A stretch of DNA of 64,000 nucleotides from Nibricoccus sp. (GCA_047602425.1 JASGHG010000001.1:2848001-2912000), one strand, 5' to 3'. Positions 18,619-28,686 are shown, numbered from the stretch's first letter. A program made the numbers and translations. Notes: generated by a model not told the origin, from the sequence alone.

Positions 18619-19259
18619 GCGGCTTTCACTTCGGCAAAGCGCATACGCCCTACGCGCCGGAATTTCGTCCGACGTCCGGAACGCGCGTGCCACTCGTTGC
18701 AATCGCGCCCGAGTGGAAACTGGCGGCCATGTTGGTCCTGGTGAGCGGCACGGCGCTCATGCCGTTGAAATGGTGGCTCTGGCACGCGGGCGCCGGGCTC
18801 CTTTTAATTGTTGTGGCATTGGCGGGGCGCATCGCAATTCGGCCGCTTTTGTGGCGGTTGCTCTGGTTGTTTCCTTTTGTTGCCGGAGCGGCGCTGGCGT
18901 CGGCCTGGCATGGTGCGACCGGACCGGGCTGGCTCGCCGTGGCGGTGCGGGGTGGTTTGTGTTTGTTTACGGTATTAATTTTCGCCGCCGTAACGCCCTT
19001 TGGCGTCCTGCCCGGAGTGTTGCGCCGAATCGGTGTGCCTGCCTTGTTGGTTACAACGATGGCCTTGATGCACCGTTATCTTTTTGTGCTCGTCGACGAA
19101 TCCGACCGCATGCGTCGCGCACGTGCCTGCCGAACGCTCGCGCCGAAACGCGGTCCTGGTTGGGGTATACCCGCGGACATCATCGGGCGCCTTTTTGTAC
19201 GCGCTTCCGAACGCGCTGAACGGATCTACCTCGCCATGTGCGCACGAGGATGGAAATGA
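18615..19259 (+). CDS. cbiQ: ECF transporter transmembrane component CbiQ/NikQ
   Basis: RYLFVLVDE..RMRRARACR, RASERAERIYLAMCARG; ATGA overlap with cbiM. Confidence 0.9.
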   Translation: MSGFHFGKAHTPYAPEFRPTSGTRVPLVAIAPEWKLAAMLVLVSGTALMPLKWWLWHAGAGLLLIVVALAGRIAIRPLLWRLLWLFPFVAGAALASAWHGATGPGWLAVAVRGGLCLFTVLIFAAVTPFGVLPGVLRRIGVPALLVTTMALMHRYLFVLVDESDRMRRARACRTLAPKRGPGWGIPADIIGRLFVRASERAERIYLAMCARGWK

Positions 19260-20050
19260 AACCTCCAGCACTTGCCCTCGACAAACTCGCTTACCGCTAC
19301 CCGGACGGGACGGTGGCGCTGCACGAAGTAAGTTTTACGATTCAAGCCGGCGAATGCGTGGCATTGCTTGGTTCTAATGGTTCGGGTAAGTCTACCGTAT
19401 TGCTTCACCTCAACGGCATACTGCCTGAAAAACCCGGCTCCTCTGGCGCGGTTTGCGTCGACGGGGAACCTATTACAGCCGCCAATCTGGAGGCCGTGCG
19501 ACGGCAGGTAGGACTGTTGTTCCAGGATCCCGACGACCAGCTTTTCTGCGCAACGGTCGAGGAAGACGTGGCCTTTGGACCGAACCAACTCGGAATCGAC
19601 AAAACCGCCGTGGCGGAACGAGTGCGCCATGCTCTTGCCCAAGTTCGCCTGACCGGCTACGAGCGGCGCACGCCTTACCATCTCAGCCAGGGGGAAAAGC
19701 GTCGAGCCTGCCTCGCCGGTGTGCTTGCGTGCGAGCCTTCGATTTTGGTATTGGATGAACCGACCAGCGGACTCGATCCGCGCGGACGGCGGGAGTTCAT
19801 GACCTTGTTAAACGAAATTCCCGCAACCAAACTCATCGCGACGCACGACCTCGAAATGGTGGTCGACATGTGCACGCGCGCGATCGTGCTCGACGGAGGT
19901 CGCGTCGTAGCCGACGGCCCGACTCTGGAGTTGCTCAACAACGAAGAGCTGATGCTCGCCCACGGCCTCGAACGCCCGCATTCGTTGCACCACCATTTGC
20001 CGATGGAGGAACCTTTTTTTTGGAAACCTCCGCAAAAACCCGAGCCGTAG
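19256..20050 (+). CDS. cbiO: ECF transporter ATPase CbiO/NikO
   Basis: GSNGSGKST, FQDPDDQLF, LSQGEKRR, LDEPTSGLD, THD; ATGA overlap with cbiQ. Confidence 0.95.
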   Translation: MKPPALALDKLAYRYPDGTVALHEVSFTIQAGECVALLGSNGSGKSTVLLHLNGILPEKPGSSGAVCVDGEPITAANLEAVRRQVGLLFQDPDDQLFCATVEEDVAFGPNQLGIDKTAVAERVRHALAQVRLTGYERRTPYHLSQGEKRRACLAGVLACEPSILVLDEPTSGLDPRGRREFMTLLNEIPATKLIATHDLEMVVDMCTRAIVLDGGRVVADGPTLELLNNEELMLAHGLERPHSLHHHLPMEEPFFWKPPQKPEP

Positions 20051-20088
20051 ATAGCGCCCTCGATTCCCCGCCTCCTGCCGCCTTTGGT

Positions 20089-20174
20089 TGGTGCCCCCGG
20101 CCGGACTCGAACCGGCACGTCCTTTCGGACAAGGGATTTTAAGTCCCCAGCGTCTACCATTCCGCCACGGGGGC
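20089..20174 (-). tRNA. tRNA-Leu (anticodon TAA), CCA encoded
   Basis: Minus strand gcccccgtggcggaatggtagacgctggggacTTAAaatccc...ggttcgagtccggccgggggcacca; long variable arm, T-loop GTTCGA. Confidence 0.96.
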
Positions 20175-20281
20175 GGGCACACGGCATCGAATTTCACGGA
20201 GAGCGCGCGGACGTCAATCGGCTTGTTTGTTGAATGAAAACTACCTTGCGGCCCGCCGCGGGTCCGGCAACCGTCCGGCCT

Positions 20282-20860
20282 GTGAAGATCGGATTTCTTG
20301 GGGGCAGTTTCGACCCCGTTCATTTTGGACACCTCATCGCCGCGCAAGACGCCGTCGAGCAGTACCAGCTTGAACGCCTGATATTGGTGCCCGCCTCTCA
20401 GGCCCCGCTAAAACCGAACGATGTGCAATCCTCCAATGACGATCGCCTCGCCATGTTGCGCGCTGCCACGGAATGGGATCATCGCTTTGAAATCTCCGAC
20501 TTCGAACTTCGCAAAGGCGGAATGAGCTACACGGTCGATTCGGCGCGGCACTTTCGCGCTCAATTTCCGAATGACCAGTTGTTTTGGATCATCGGTGGCG
20601 ACCAGTTGCCGAAGTTGCATCTTTGGCGCGAAATCGAGGAGTTGGCGCAGCTGGTAGAATTTATTTTCCTCGAACGCCCCGGTCATCCCGTCAAGGCCAC
20701 GCCGGCCATCCCGGGCCTGCGACTGCACCGTTGCGACGGCCATTTAGTCGAAATCAGTTCGACTGAGCTACGTGAACGCGTTCGCCGCGGCCTTTCGCTT
20801 GACTACTTTGTCCCTCACAAGGCGATTGTGCACATCCATCAAAAGCGTCTATATCGCTGA
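20282..20860 (+). CDS. nadD: Nicotinate-nucleotide adenylyltransferase
   Basis: GGSFDPVHFGH, SYTVD, IIGGD, ISSTELR; probable GTG start at 20282 (ATG alternative at 20234). Confidence 0.95.
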   Translation: MKIGFLGGSFDPVHFGHLIAAQDAVEQYQLERLILVPASQAPLKPNDVQSSNDDRLAMLRAATEWDHRFEISDFELRKGGMSYTVDSARHFRAQFPNDQLFWIIGGDQLPKLHLWREIEELAQLVEFIFLERPGHPVKATPAIPGLRLHRCDGHLVEISSTELRERVRRGLSLDYFVPHKAIVHIHQKRLYR

Positions 20861-20867
20861 AAACCGC

Positions 20868-21344
20868 ATGAAATCCAAAAAATCGAAATCGTCCCTGCCG
20901 CCGCTGCTCAAAGAAATCTGCCAGACCCTCGACGAGAAAAAGGCCGGGGATCTCAAGGTCCTCAGCGTTAGCGCCCAGTCTTCGATTACCGATTATCTCG
21001 TGTTGGGCACCGGTACTTCCGAGCCGCACCTCCGCGCGCTGCGTGTGGAACTGGAAAAAGTGATCGATCGCGCCGGAGTGCGTATTATCGGCATGGATAC
21101 CGATCAAGGCAGCGGCTGGCTGGTCGTCGACGCTTTCGATATCATGGTGCATATCTTCACGGCGGAAAACCGTAAGAAATACGCCTTGGAAAACCTTTGG
21201 AAAGACGCCGAGGATCTTCCTCTCTCGACGGTGCTCGCGGTGGAGAAAAAAGCCGCGATAAAACCTGCTCGCAAGTCCGCGCCCAAAGTTGCCAAAAAAG
21301 CCACCGCGACGCCGCCGAAACGCAAAACCGGACGTTCGAAATAA
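20868..21344 (+). CDS. rsfS: Ribosome silencing factor RsfS (Iojap) with Lys/Ala-rich tail
   Basis: LDEKKAGDL, ITDYLVLGTGTS, WLVVD..DIMVHIF, RKKYALENLW; follows nadD as is common. Confidence 0.93.
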   Translation: MKSKKSKSSLPPLLKEICQTLDEKKAGDLKVLSVSAQSSITDYLVLGTGTSEPHLRALRVELEKVIDRAGVRIIGMDTDQGSGWLVVDAFDIMVHIFTAENRKKYALENLWKDAEDLPLSTVLAVEKKAAIKPARKSAPKVAKKATATPPKRKTGRSK

Positions 21345-21405
21345 ATGAGCCGACTTACGACGCAGGATTGTCGGTGCGTTGAGGTTTCGTTTTAGCCAAG
21401 AAATC

Positions 21406-23601
21406 ATGCTCTGGTTGTTTGTCCTGACGGTTTTCACGAGCGCGGCCCTCATATTTTCGGTTCAACCGATGTATGCCCGGCTTGTACTGCCCCTCTTGGG
21501 CGGATCCCCGGCGGTCTGGAACACCGTTGTCACATTTTTCCAGGCCGTTTTGCTGCTAGGCTACGGTTATGTGCACTTTATGACCAAACGGCTGGGACTG
21601 CGCCAGCAGTTGTTAGTGCACGCGTTGGTTTTGGCGGTCCCGCTCGTGTTTTTGCCGGTCGTTCTTCCGGATGGAGCCACTCCCCCCGCGGACTCCCATC
21701 CGATTCTTTGGATTTACCGATTAATGGCGGTTACAGTCGGGATTCCTTTTTTTGCGCTTTCGGCCACCGCGCCTCTGCTGCAACGATGGTTTGCCCAAGC
21801 GAGGCACGAACGCTCCAAGGATCCGTATTTTTTGTATGTCGCCAGCAACGCCGGCAGCCTGCTGGCCCTTCTGAGCTATCCATGCGTAATCGAGCCAAAT
21901 CTCGGCTTGGCAAATCAAGCACTCTGGTGGATGCGCGGCTATTGGATTTTAGTTTCTTTGGTCGGGTTGAGTGCCGCAATGGTGTGGGTGAAACGCAGTC
22001 CATTGGACTCCGCCTCGGAAGCAACGTTGGCCCCGGTACCGGAGGTTTCGGCTGAGCCCGTTCGTTGGGAACAGCGGTGGCGATGGGTATTCTTCGCTTT
22101 TGTTCCATCCAGCCTGATGCTCGGGACCACCACATTTATCTCCAGCGAAGTCGCCGCGATTCCGTTGATGTGGATCGTACCGCTCGCGCTCTATTTGCTG
22201 ACCTACATTCTTGCTTTTGCGCAGCGGCAATTTGTTTCGGCGAAGCGCCTCCAAAAGGCCCAAATTTTTTGTCTCATTGCGGTTGCTGTATTGATCAATA
22301 TGCAGGCGACGCAGCCGCTCCTGCCCTTGATGATTATTCATCTGGTGAACTTTTTTGTATCGGCATGGGTCTGCCATGCCTTGCTCGCTGCCAGCCGCCC
22401 AACTCCAACTCATCTGACGGAGTTTTATCTCTGGATGTGTTTCGGCGGCGTACTGGGCGGAATCTTTAACAGCCTGGTGGCCCCGATCGTCTTCTCGTCG
22501 GTGCTGGAATATCCCCTGGCGATAGTGCTTGTCTGCTTTGCGGTGTGGTGGGGAAGTGGCAAAAAAGAGAAATTCAATCGTGGCGACTGGCTTTGGCCGC
22601 TGGTTCTTTTTATTGGATCGGCAGTTTTTGGATGTTCATTTTCGTCCCTGCCGGAAGATCAAGCCGCCCTCTACGGGCTTGTATTTGGCCTGCCGGCGCT
22701 GGCCTGTTTCTTTTTTTCCGAAAGACCGTTCAGGTTCGCGTGGGGAGTGGCGGCGATTTTTGCCGCTGGAACCTTTTATGATCTCCAACCAGGCAAAGTG
22801 CTGCATGTGGAACGCAGTTTTTTTGGGGTGAACCGGGTGACGCTGGAACCTCAGGGTCCCTATCATCTGCTGTTTCACGGACGGACCCTGCATGGTATGC
22901 AGAGTTTGGATGTTTCGCGGCGACGTGAAGCACTAACCTATTACCATGCAACCGGACCGATAGGTGAAGTGTTTGGAAAGTACGGACAAGACAAGAACTT
23001 GCGCGTGGGTTTGGTGGGTCTGGGCGCTGGATCGCTGGCCACGTACGCACGGCCTGGCCAATCTTGGACGTTTTACGAGATTGATCCTGTGGTTGAAGCG
23101 ATAGCTCGTAATCGTAAGTATTTCAGCTACTTAAGCGACGCGAAGGCACCAATTCCGGTCAAGCTGGGCGATGCGCGGGTTAACCTCGCCCTCGCCCAGA
23201 ATGGTAGTTTCCAAATGTTGGTGTTGGATGCCTACAGCTCGGATGCCATTCCCATTCATTTGGTTACGCGCGAAGCATTCCTCCTTTATCTCCAAAAATT
23301 GGCTCCGAAGGGGATCATTGCCATTCACATTTCAAACCTTCATCTCGATCTGGAACCCACTTTTGCCAATGTGGCTCATGATCTTGGGCTTGTAGCTTAC
23401 TACTGCGATGACACAGGGATTACCGAAGCGCAGTCCAAACAGGGCAAATCGCCCTCCCAGTGGTTGATCATGGCTCGGCAGGAGGCTGATGTAGCGCTGC
23501 TTGTCGCGGAAGCGCGGTGGGAAAAGGCCCGAACCAATCCCAGCGACAACGTCTGGACCGATGATTATTCAAGTATTTGGAGCGTGTTCTCGTGGCACTA
23601 A
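21406..23601 (+). CDS. Multi-pass membrane protein fused to a spermidine-synthase-like class I SAM domain
   Basis: VQPMYARLVLPLLGGSPAVWNT, DPYFLYVASNAGS, many TM segments; HGRTLHG, VGLGAGSL, YEIDP, GDAR, LDAYSSDAIPIHL, WTDDYS. Confidence 0.85.
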   Translation: MLWLFVLTVFTSAALIFSVQPMYARLVLPLLGGSPAVWNTVVTFFQAVLLLGYGYVHFMTKRLGLRQQLLVHALVLAVPLVFLPVVLPDGATPPADSHPILWIYRLMAVTVGIPFFALSATAPLLQRWFAQARHERSKDPYFLYVASNAGSLLALLSYPCVIEPNLGLANQALWWMRGYWILVSLVGLSAAMVWVKRSPLDSASEATLAPVPEVSAEPVRWEQRWRWVFFAFVPSSLMLGTTTFISSEVAAIPLMWIVPLALYLLTYILAFAQRQFVSAKRLQKAQIFCLIAVAVLINMQATQPLLPLMIIHLVNFFVSAWVCHALLAASRPTPTHLTEFYLWMCFGGVLGGIFNSLVAPIVFSSVLEYPLAIVLVCFAVWWGSGKKEKFNRGDWLWPLVLFIGSAVFGCSFSSLPEDQAALYGLVFGLPALACFFFSERPFRFAWGVAAIFAAGTFYDLQPGKVLHVERSFFGVNRVTLEPQGPYHLLFHGRTLHGMQSLDVSRRREALTYYHATGPIGEVFGKYGQDKNLRVGLVGLGAGSLATYARPGQSWTFYEIDPVVEAIARNRKYFSYLSDAKAPIPVKLGDARVNLALAQNGSFQMLVLDAYSSDAIPIHLVTREAFLLYLQKLAPKGIIAIHISNLHLDLEPTFANVAHDLGLVAYYCDDTGITEAQSKQGKSPSQWLIMARQEADVALLVAEARWEKARTNPSDNVWTDDYSSIWSVFSWH

Positions 23602-23816
23602 TTTTCTGATTCAGCGCGCTCCGCGACACTGAGGTTTTCTGGGCGAACCATTTGATTTATCTGGGTAATTGACCTTACTAAGTCGTTGTCGATTTGCAGC
23701 ATTTACAGTTAATTGACCTGCTTTACGCTTGTTCTGCGAAGTCGTGTTGCCGATACTTTGCGAACTGCTCACCCCTGAGCGTTCATATCATACCGTTAAT
23801 ATAATATTCGAATACT

Positions 23817-24317
23817 ATGAAAATCCAACGTTCCACCAAGGGCTTTACCCTTGTCGAAATCATGATCGTGGTGGTCATCATCGACCTCCTCGCCGCCATG
23901 GCCATCCCCGCCTTCCAAAAAGTCCGTCGTCAGTCCTACGCCAAATCAATGGCCAATGACGCACGTCAGGTTGGCAATGCGCTGCAGCAGATTTATATGT
24001 CCGCTCCTGCGGGCGCGCTGGCAGACAGCCAAGCCATTACTTATAGCTCGATTACGGGCGTTATTTCTTGTGGTGTCAACGACCCCACAACCGGTCGCGA
24101 CTACTTGTCGCAGCTGGTAGCGCAAATCGGGAAAGGTTATACGATGTCTGCCAACTATAATTCGACTGTAGCACCGGGCGCAGCGGCGTTTACCTTGCTG
24201 CACCAGCGTGTTGCCCCAGCCGAAGTTGTCGGTAGTACGCAAAGCGCGTTTGCCGGTAACCAGGTCACCACGACCGGTTCGGTTGTTTCCTTCGACACCG
24301 AAGGCAAGCCACTCTGA
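23817..24317 (+). CDS. Type IV pilin / prepilin-type N-terminal methylation protein
   Basis: Class III signal KG|FTLVEIMIVVVII.LLAAMAIPAF with E5 and P22; Ser/Thr-rich globular region; own terminator. Confidence 0.92.
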   Translation: MKIQRSTKGFTLVEIMIVVVIIDLLAAMAIPAFQKVRRQSYAKSMANDARQVGNALQQIYMSAPAGALADSQAITYSSITGVISCGVNDPTTGRDYLSQLVAQIGKGYTMSANYNSTVAPGAAAFTLLHQRVAPAEVVGSTQSAFAGNQVTTTGSVVSFDTEGKPL

Positions 24318-24348
24318 TATCTAGGCAAGAAAGTTTTATATAAACATG

Positions 24349-24380
24349 GGCCACGCGAGGTTAACTCGTGTGGCCTTTTT
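24349..24380 (+). terminator. Intrinsic terminator after pilin gene
   Basis: ggccacgcgag-gttaa-ctcgtgtggcc followed by ttttt. Confidence 0.8.
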
Positions 24381-24416
24381 CTTTACCTTATCAGGCTGGT
24401 TATTCAGTTTTTTGCC

Positions 24417-26273
24417 ATGCGTATCGTTTGGAAGAAGTTATTCGTTCTTGGATTGATAAGTTTGGCTGTATTGCTTTGCCGGTTTGTTTTTATATCGAAG
24501 GCCAATGCGGCCTCTATTACCATCTACTGGGGCTATTGGATTATGCTTGCGGGAGCGTGCATCTACCTTGGTGTTTTTTGGCGTTTTTTTAAGGGTAAAA
24601 GTATAGTCCGCATATTAGTTAGGCATCGACTCGGCATAGTGGCTGCTCTGCTGGGCACAATTTTCCTGCAGGTACACGAGCCACACAGGTTCAAGGTGTT
24701 GTACGATGAATTCACCATCTCCGGCGTTGCCCGGAGTATGCACTACACACGTACGGCGGTATTTCCCACTCGCGCACATAATCTACAGAATGAATTGCTC
24801 GTAATGGATGTAGCCATTGATAAACGACCTCTCTTTTTTCAGCTCATACTTGCGACAATACACGACCTGACGGGCTACCGTCCTAGCAATGTATTTGCCC
24901 TGAATGCAGGAGCGACGTTCCTTCTTTTATTACTAACTTATTGGTTAGCTCAAAAGTGGATAAACTGGCAGGCTGGCATTTTTGCAGTCGCGTGTTGGTT
25001 GACATTACCACTTCTGGCTCAGGCAAGCACATCCGCGGGTTATGACGTGTTCAACTTGGCCATGATGATGTTGCTGTTATATTTCTCAGCGACGTACCTT
25101 CGCGACGGTGGCGTGGTGAACCAATCATTACTCATTTTAACCGCAGTGCACCTAGCACAAGTACGTTACGAATCCATTCTGTTCGTTATACCTACAGCCT
25201 TGGTGATTATATTGCGGTGGTGGCGTAGCAAAGAGCTCGAACTTGGGTGGATCGGTGTATTTGCCCCTATTTTCCTACTACTGCCTCTGTTGATCAACTT
25301 GATTTTTGTTGAAACAAAGGCATTCCATCAAACGGTTGAGGGGCAGAATTATTTTGATGTAATAAACTTGGTAGGGAATGCCGAACGCGCGGTTTTTTAC
25401 CTTTTCAATGTTAATTTGCGTGTGACCAATTCAGTTTTTCTTGCCGCAGCCGGTATTGTTGCCCTGATATTTTTTTATGTCAGGAGTTTCAGGAATTGGA
25501 GAGAGCTTGGTCGTTCTGGTGAGGATATCGTGGTTTTGATGATGAGCGTGGTGGTTGTTGGGAACTTTGGTCTTATCCTATGCAACTTTTGGGGGCAGCT
25601 GGATGATCCCACTGCGTCGAGATTTTCACTTCCGTTCCACCTCCTTTTGATACTCGCAATACTTTTTATAGTTCGTGAAATTAGGCGTTTTAAGGCGTTT
25701 CCAAGCTACTGGTATATGATCGTCGCTTTTCCGCTAGCATTTGCCGCGTCAATTTCGGCTTGGGGTTCGGCCACAACTACCCTGTGGCAGGGGAATGAAA
25801 TGGACTGGCTTTTTAGTGTTCTCAGGGAGCCCCAGCATCGAGGGGCGCTCGTGATTGCCCATCCAGTCGGACCGATATTGTACAATTACCCTAGTGTATC
25901 CCTGCCGACCGCCGAGAGGGATAAATGGAAGATAAGCGAATGTTTGAAGGGTAATTTCTATCCGGAGATTCTTGTCCTAGAGCGTTTCACCCTAAATCTA
26001 CAAACCATGGAGGAAGTACCATATGGAGTGGACAGAATTTATGACATCAAGAAGGACAAGCTTACGGGTGATAATATGACTGCATTGAGTGGCGCGTTTC
26101 GCAGGGAAAAGGTCGCAGAGATTCGAAGCCGTCCCAATGTTATAACCCGAATTAGTAGAATCACAGGGGTTGATGAGGAAAGCGCCCGCCGCCCCGAGCC
26201 GTTCAGTAAAGCAGGACCTCCATTCAAGGGGTTAAACGAATACAATCAATATATATACGACTCGCTTCCGTAG
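24417..26273 (+). CDS. Polytopic membrane protein, probable GT-C (ArnT/PMT-like) glycosyltransferase
   Basis: Acidic LYDE motif in first large loop, KRPLFF, many TM helices, QVRYE, soluble C-terminal domain; visibly lower GC; directly downstream of pilin. Confidence 0.65.
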   Translation: MRIVWKKLFVLGLISLAVLLCRFVFISKANAASITIYWGYWIMLAGACIYLGVFWRFFKGKSIVRILVRHRLGIVAALLGTIFLQVHEPHRFKVLYDEFTISGVARSMHYTRTAVFPTRAHNLQNELLVMDVAIDKRPLFFQLILATIHDLTGYRPSNVFALNAGATFLLLLLTYWLAQKWINWQAGIFAVACWLTLPLLAQASTSAGYDVFNLAMMMLLLYFSATYLRDGGVVNQSLLILTAVHLAQVRYESILFVIPTALVIILRWWRSKELELGWIGVFAPIFLLLPLLINLIFVETKAFHQTVEGQNYFDVINLVGNAERAVFYLFNVNLRVTNSVFLAAAGIVALIFFYVRSFRNWRELGRSGEDIVVLMMSVVVVGNFGLILCNFWGQLDDPTASRFSLPFHLLLILAILFIVREIRRFKAFPSYWYMIVAFPLAFAASISAWGSATTTLWQGNEMDWLFSVLREPQHRGALVIAHPVGPILYNYPSVSLPTAERDKWKISECLKGNFYPEILVLERFTLNLQTMEEVPYGVDRIYDIKKDKLTGDNMTALSGAFRREKVAEIRSRPNVITRISRITGVDEESARRPEPFSKAGPPFKGLNEYNQYIYDSLP

Positions 26274-26276
26274 CGG

Positions 26277-27161
26277 TTATTGGGAGCGCAGACCATTAAT
26301 CGTTTGTGTGGCCAATATATTAATGCTTCCGTTTCTTGGGATCTCTTTATGAATTAAGTGATCGGGGTCGGTGGAGAGTAGTTTATTATCGGCTAATTTT
26401 AAAAAGGAATAGTTGGCTTCAGTCAGAATAGAAATCAGTGCACGGAACCCTTGTGCGGAATTTGCATAACAATAGGGAGCTAGCTCCATGAATATATTGG
26501 GCTTATGGCGACCAAGACATTTGCTGGCTCCTTGAAGAACACTGAGTTCGTGCCCATCGACATCCAGCTTGATCCAGTGTATTTGGGGTATGGCCAAGTG
26601 GTTGAGAAGGGTGTCCAGGCTTTGCGTTTGTGCCCCTTCGGTTGAACGTAGGGCACCGCACAAAACGGCCTGCGTGGGCTCGGAGCCGGCGATAGGCCAG
26701 CTGGACGGGATGGCGTTTTCTTTTGGCGCGTCGTCCGTGGCGGTTAGGTGCGCCTGAATGGCGGTTGTCTGTGGTTGTAATCCGGGATTCAGGGAGAGAT
26801 TCTTTTGTAGTTTACGATAAGCGTAATCGGTAGCCTCGATGGCGATTACACGGCCCAATGGTCCAACGTGTTTGGCGAGGGGCAACGTGTGTGCGCCAAT
26901 GTTGGCACCGATATCCAATACGGTTGCTCCCGGAGGAATTAGGCTGCGATAGCTCCGAGCCAAGTCCCGTTCAAAGGTGCCGAGAAGATAAATGGCAAAA
27001 TCGATTCCTTCGTTGAGATCCAGTGCCCATCGAATGCCATTTCTTGTGAATTCTCCATGCATCGGACGTCTTATGACGGCGCGGCCCAGTTTGACGCAAC
27101 GGTTGAGAAAGCGTGCGATGGTAATTTTCTGACGAGTTGAAAGGCGGGCAGCTAAGGACAT
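26277..27161 (-). CDS. FkbM-family SAM-dependent methyltransferase
   Basis: VLDIGANIGAHT, VIAIEA, IKLDVDGHELSVLQGA. Confidence 0.92.
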   Translation of the reverse strand: MSLAARLSTRQKITIARFLNRCVKLGRAVIRRPMHGEFTRNGIRWALDLNEGIDFAIYLLGTFERDLARSYRSLIPPGATVLDIGANIGAHTLPLAKHVGPLGRVIAIEATDYAYRKLQKNLSLNPGLQPQTTAIQAHLTATDDAPKENAIPSSWPIAGSEPTQAVLCGALRSTEGAQTQSLDTLLNHLAIPQIHWIKLDVDGHELSVLQGASKCLGRHKPNIFMELAPYCYANSAQGFRALISILTEANYSFLKLADNKLLSTDPDHLIHKEIPRNGSINILATQTINGLRSQ

Positions 27162-27246
27162 GGCGTTTTTCTCAGGGCTTTTGGGTTACGCGATTGCAGC
27201 GTGGCATTTTTGATTGGTCAACAAGGCAAGGGGCTTTCAGGATCGC

Positions 27247-28686
27247 ATGTTTCAAATCATGCCCCAATTTGCATCGCTTTTAGAGTATTTTAACTGGGTG
27301 GCCAAAAACGACGAGAAAGCCCGGCGCATTCAAGGTGCATTTCATTCGCAGTTGCTGGAATGGCATCGGAAGAAAGTGCCTTCCGGGGCAAAAGTGCTGG
27401 AGTGGGGGTGTGGAGCGGGCGATTTGCTGGCGGGACTCGCTCCTGCACGCGGCATCGGGTTGGATATGAGCGACGACATGATTGCAAAGGCGCAGAAGCG
27501 GCATGCTGACAAAACAGCTCTTTTGTTTCGCACGGGCGACGTGCAACGCGACGTCGTAGAAGAGAAGTTCGACTACATCGTTTTCAGTTATGTTTCAGGC
27601 TATCTAACCGACATCGAGCGGGCATTGGCCAACTTGCGTCCGGCGAGTCATGGACGCACGCGCCTTGTGCTGACGTCGTTGAATAATTTTTGGCTTTGGC
27701 CGTTGGTTTGGGCACAGAAACTGGGTTTGGTGACGCCGCAGCCATTGAGCAATTGGTTATCGACGCAGGATCTTGTCAACCTGCTAGAATTGGCTGGATG
27801 GGAGGTAATCGAGAAAGGATCGCAGCAGTTGCTCCCGTTTCATATCCCGCTCGTCACACCTTTTATCAACAAGTTCATTGGTCGCCTGCCAGGAGTCAGA
27901 TTATTCGGCATCACGCTGACTTTTGTAGCGAGGCCGGCGCGGAGGGAACCGGATCTAGATGGTGAAATATCTTGCTCTGTCGTGGTACCGGCCCGCAACG
28001 AAGCTGGCAATATTCGTGCTGCGATTGAACGTATACCGGTGCTGGGCAAACGGACCGAGATCATTTTTGTCGAAGGTGGCAGCTCGGATGGCACTTGGGA
28101 AGCAATTCAACAGGAGATCGCAAATTACACAGGACCGCATCAGCTGCGCGCAGTAAAGCAACCGGGGCGGGGTAAGTGGGATGCGGTGCGCGCGGGTTTC
28201 GCGATGGCGACGGGAGATATACTGGTGATCCAAGACGCCGATTTGACAGCGCCGCCCGAGGACCTGCCGAAGTTTTACGATGCAATTGCGAACGGAATCG
28301 CGGAATTTTGCAACGGCAGCAGGCTGGTTTATCCGATGGAGAAGCAAGCGATGCGTTTTCTGAATTTCCTAGGTAACAAATTTTTCGCGCTATCTCTGAG
28401 CTATGTGCTTGGGCAGCCAATCAAGGACAGTTTGTGCGGAACCAAGATGCTTTTACGCAAGGACTATGAGCGCGTTCTCGCACGCATAAAGCCGTTTGGA
28501 GATTTTGATCCGTTCGGTGATTTTAATCTTCTTTTCGGAGCATCATTGTTGAATTTGCGCATCCGTGATATTCCTGTGCGCTATAAAGATCGGACTTACG
28601 GTGAAACTAATATCTCGCGATTTAAGCATGGTTGGCTACTTTTGAAGATGACGGCTTTTGGTTTATTCAATCTGCGATGGGACTAG
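27247..28686 (+). CDS. Class I methyltransferase-like domain fused to GT2 (polyprenol-phosphate glycosyltransferase-like)
   Basis: N-terminal VLEWGCGAG, GLDMS, FDYIV; C-terminal SVVVPARNE, VEGGSSDGT, GKWDAVRAGF, IQDADL, GSR, DSLCGTK; start could be 27214-27259. Confidence 0.88.
   Translation: MFQIMPQFASLLEYFNWVAKNDEKARRIQGAFHSQLLEWHRKKVPSGAKVLEWGCGAGDLLAGLAPARGIGLDMSDDMIAKAQKRHADKTALLFRTGDVQRDVVEEKFDYIVFSYVSGYLTDIERALANLRPASHGRTRLVLTSLNNFWLWPLVWAQKLGLVTPQPLSNWLSTQDLVNLLELAGWEVIEKGSQQLLPFHIPLVTPFINKFIGRLPGVRLFGITLTFVARPARREPDLDGEISCSVVVPARNEAGNIRAAIERIPVLGKRTEIIFVEGGSSDGTWEAIQQEIANYTGPHQLRAVKQPGRGKWDAVRAGFAMATGDILVIQDADLTAPPEDLPKFYDAIANGIAEFCNGSRLVYPMEKQAMRFLNFLGNKFFALSLSYVLGQPIKDSLCGTKMLLRKDYERVLARIKPFGDFDPFGDFNLLFGASLLNLRIRDIPVRYKDRTYGETNISRFKHGWLLLKMTAFGLFNLRWD

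Noticed and set aside
20089..20174. tRNA-Leu as an integration site for the lar/cbi/glycosidase block
   Set aside because: I found no duplicated tRNA 3' end, no integrase and no clear GC shift on that side
23748..23763. Sigma-54 promoter for the pilin (ttgccgatactttgcg)
   Set aside because: Has TTGC at -12 but lacks the invariant GG at -24
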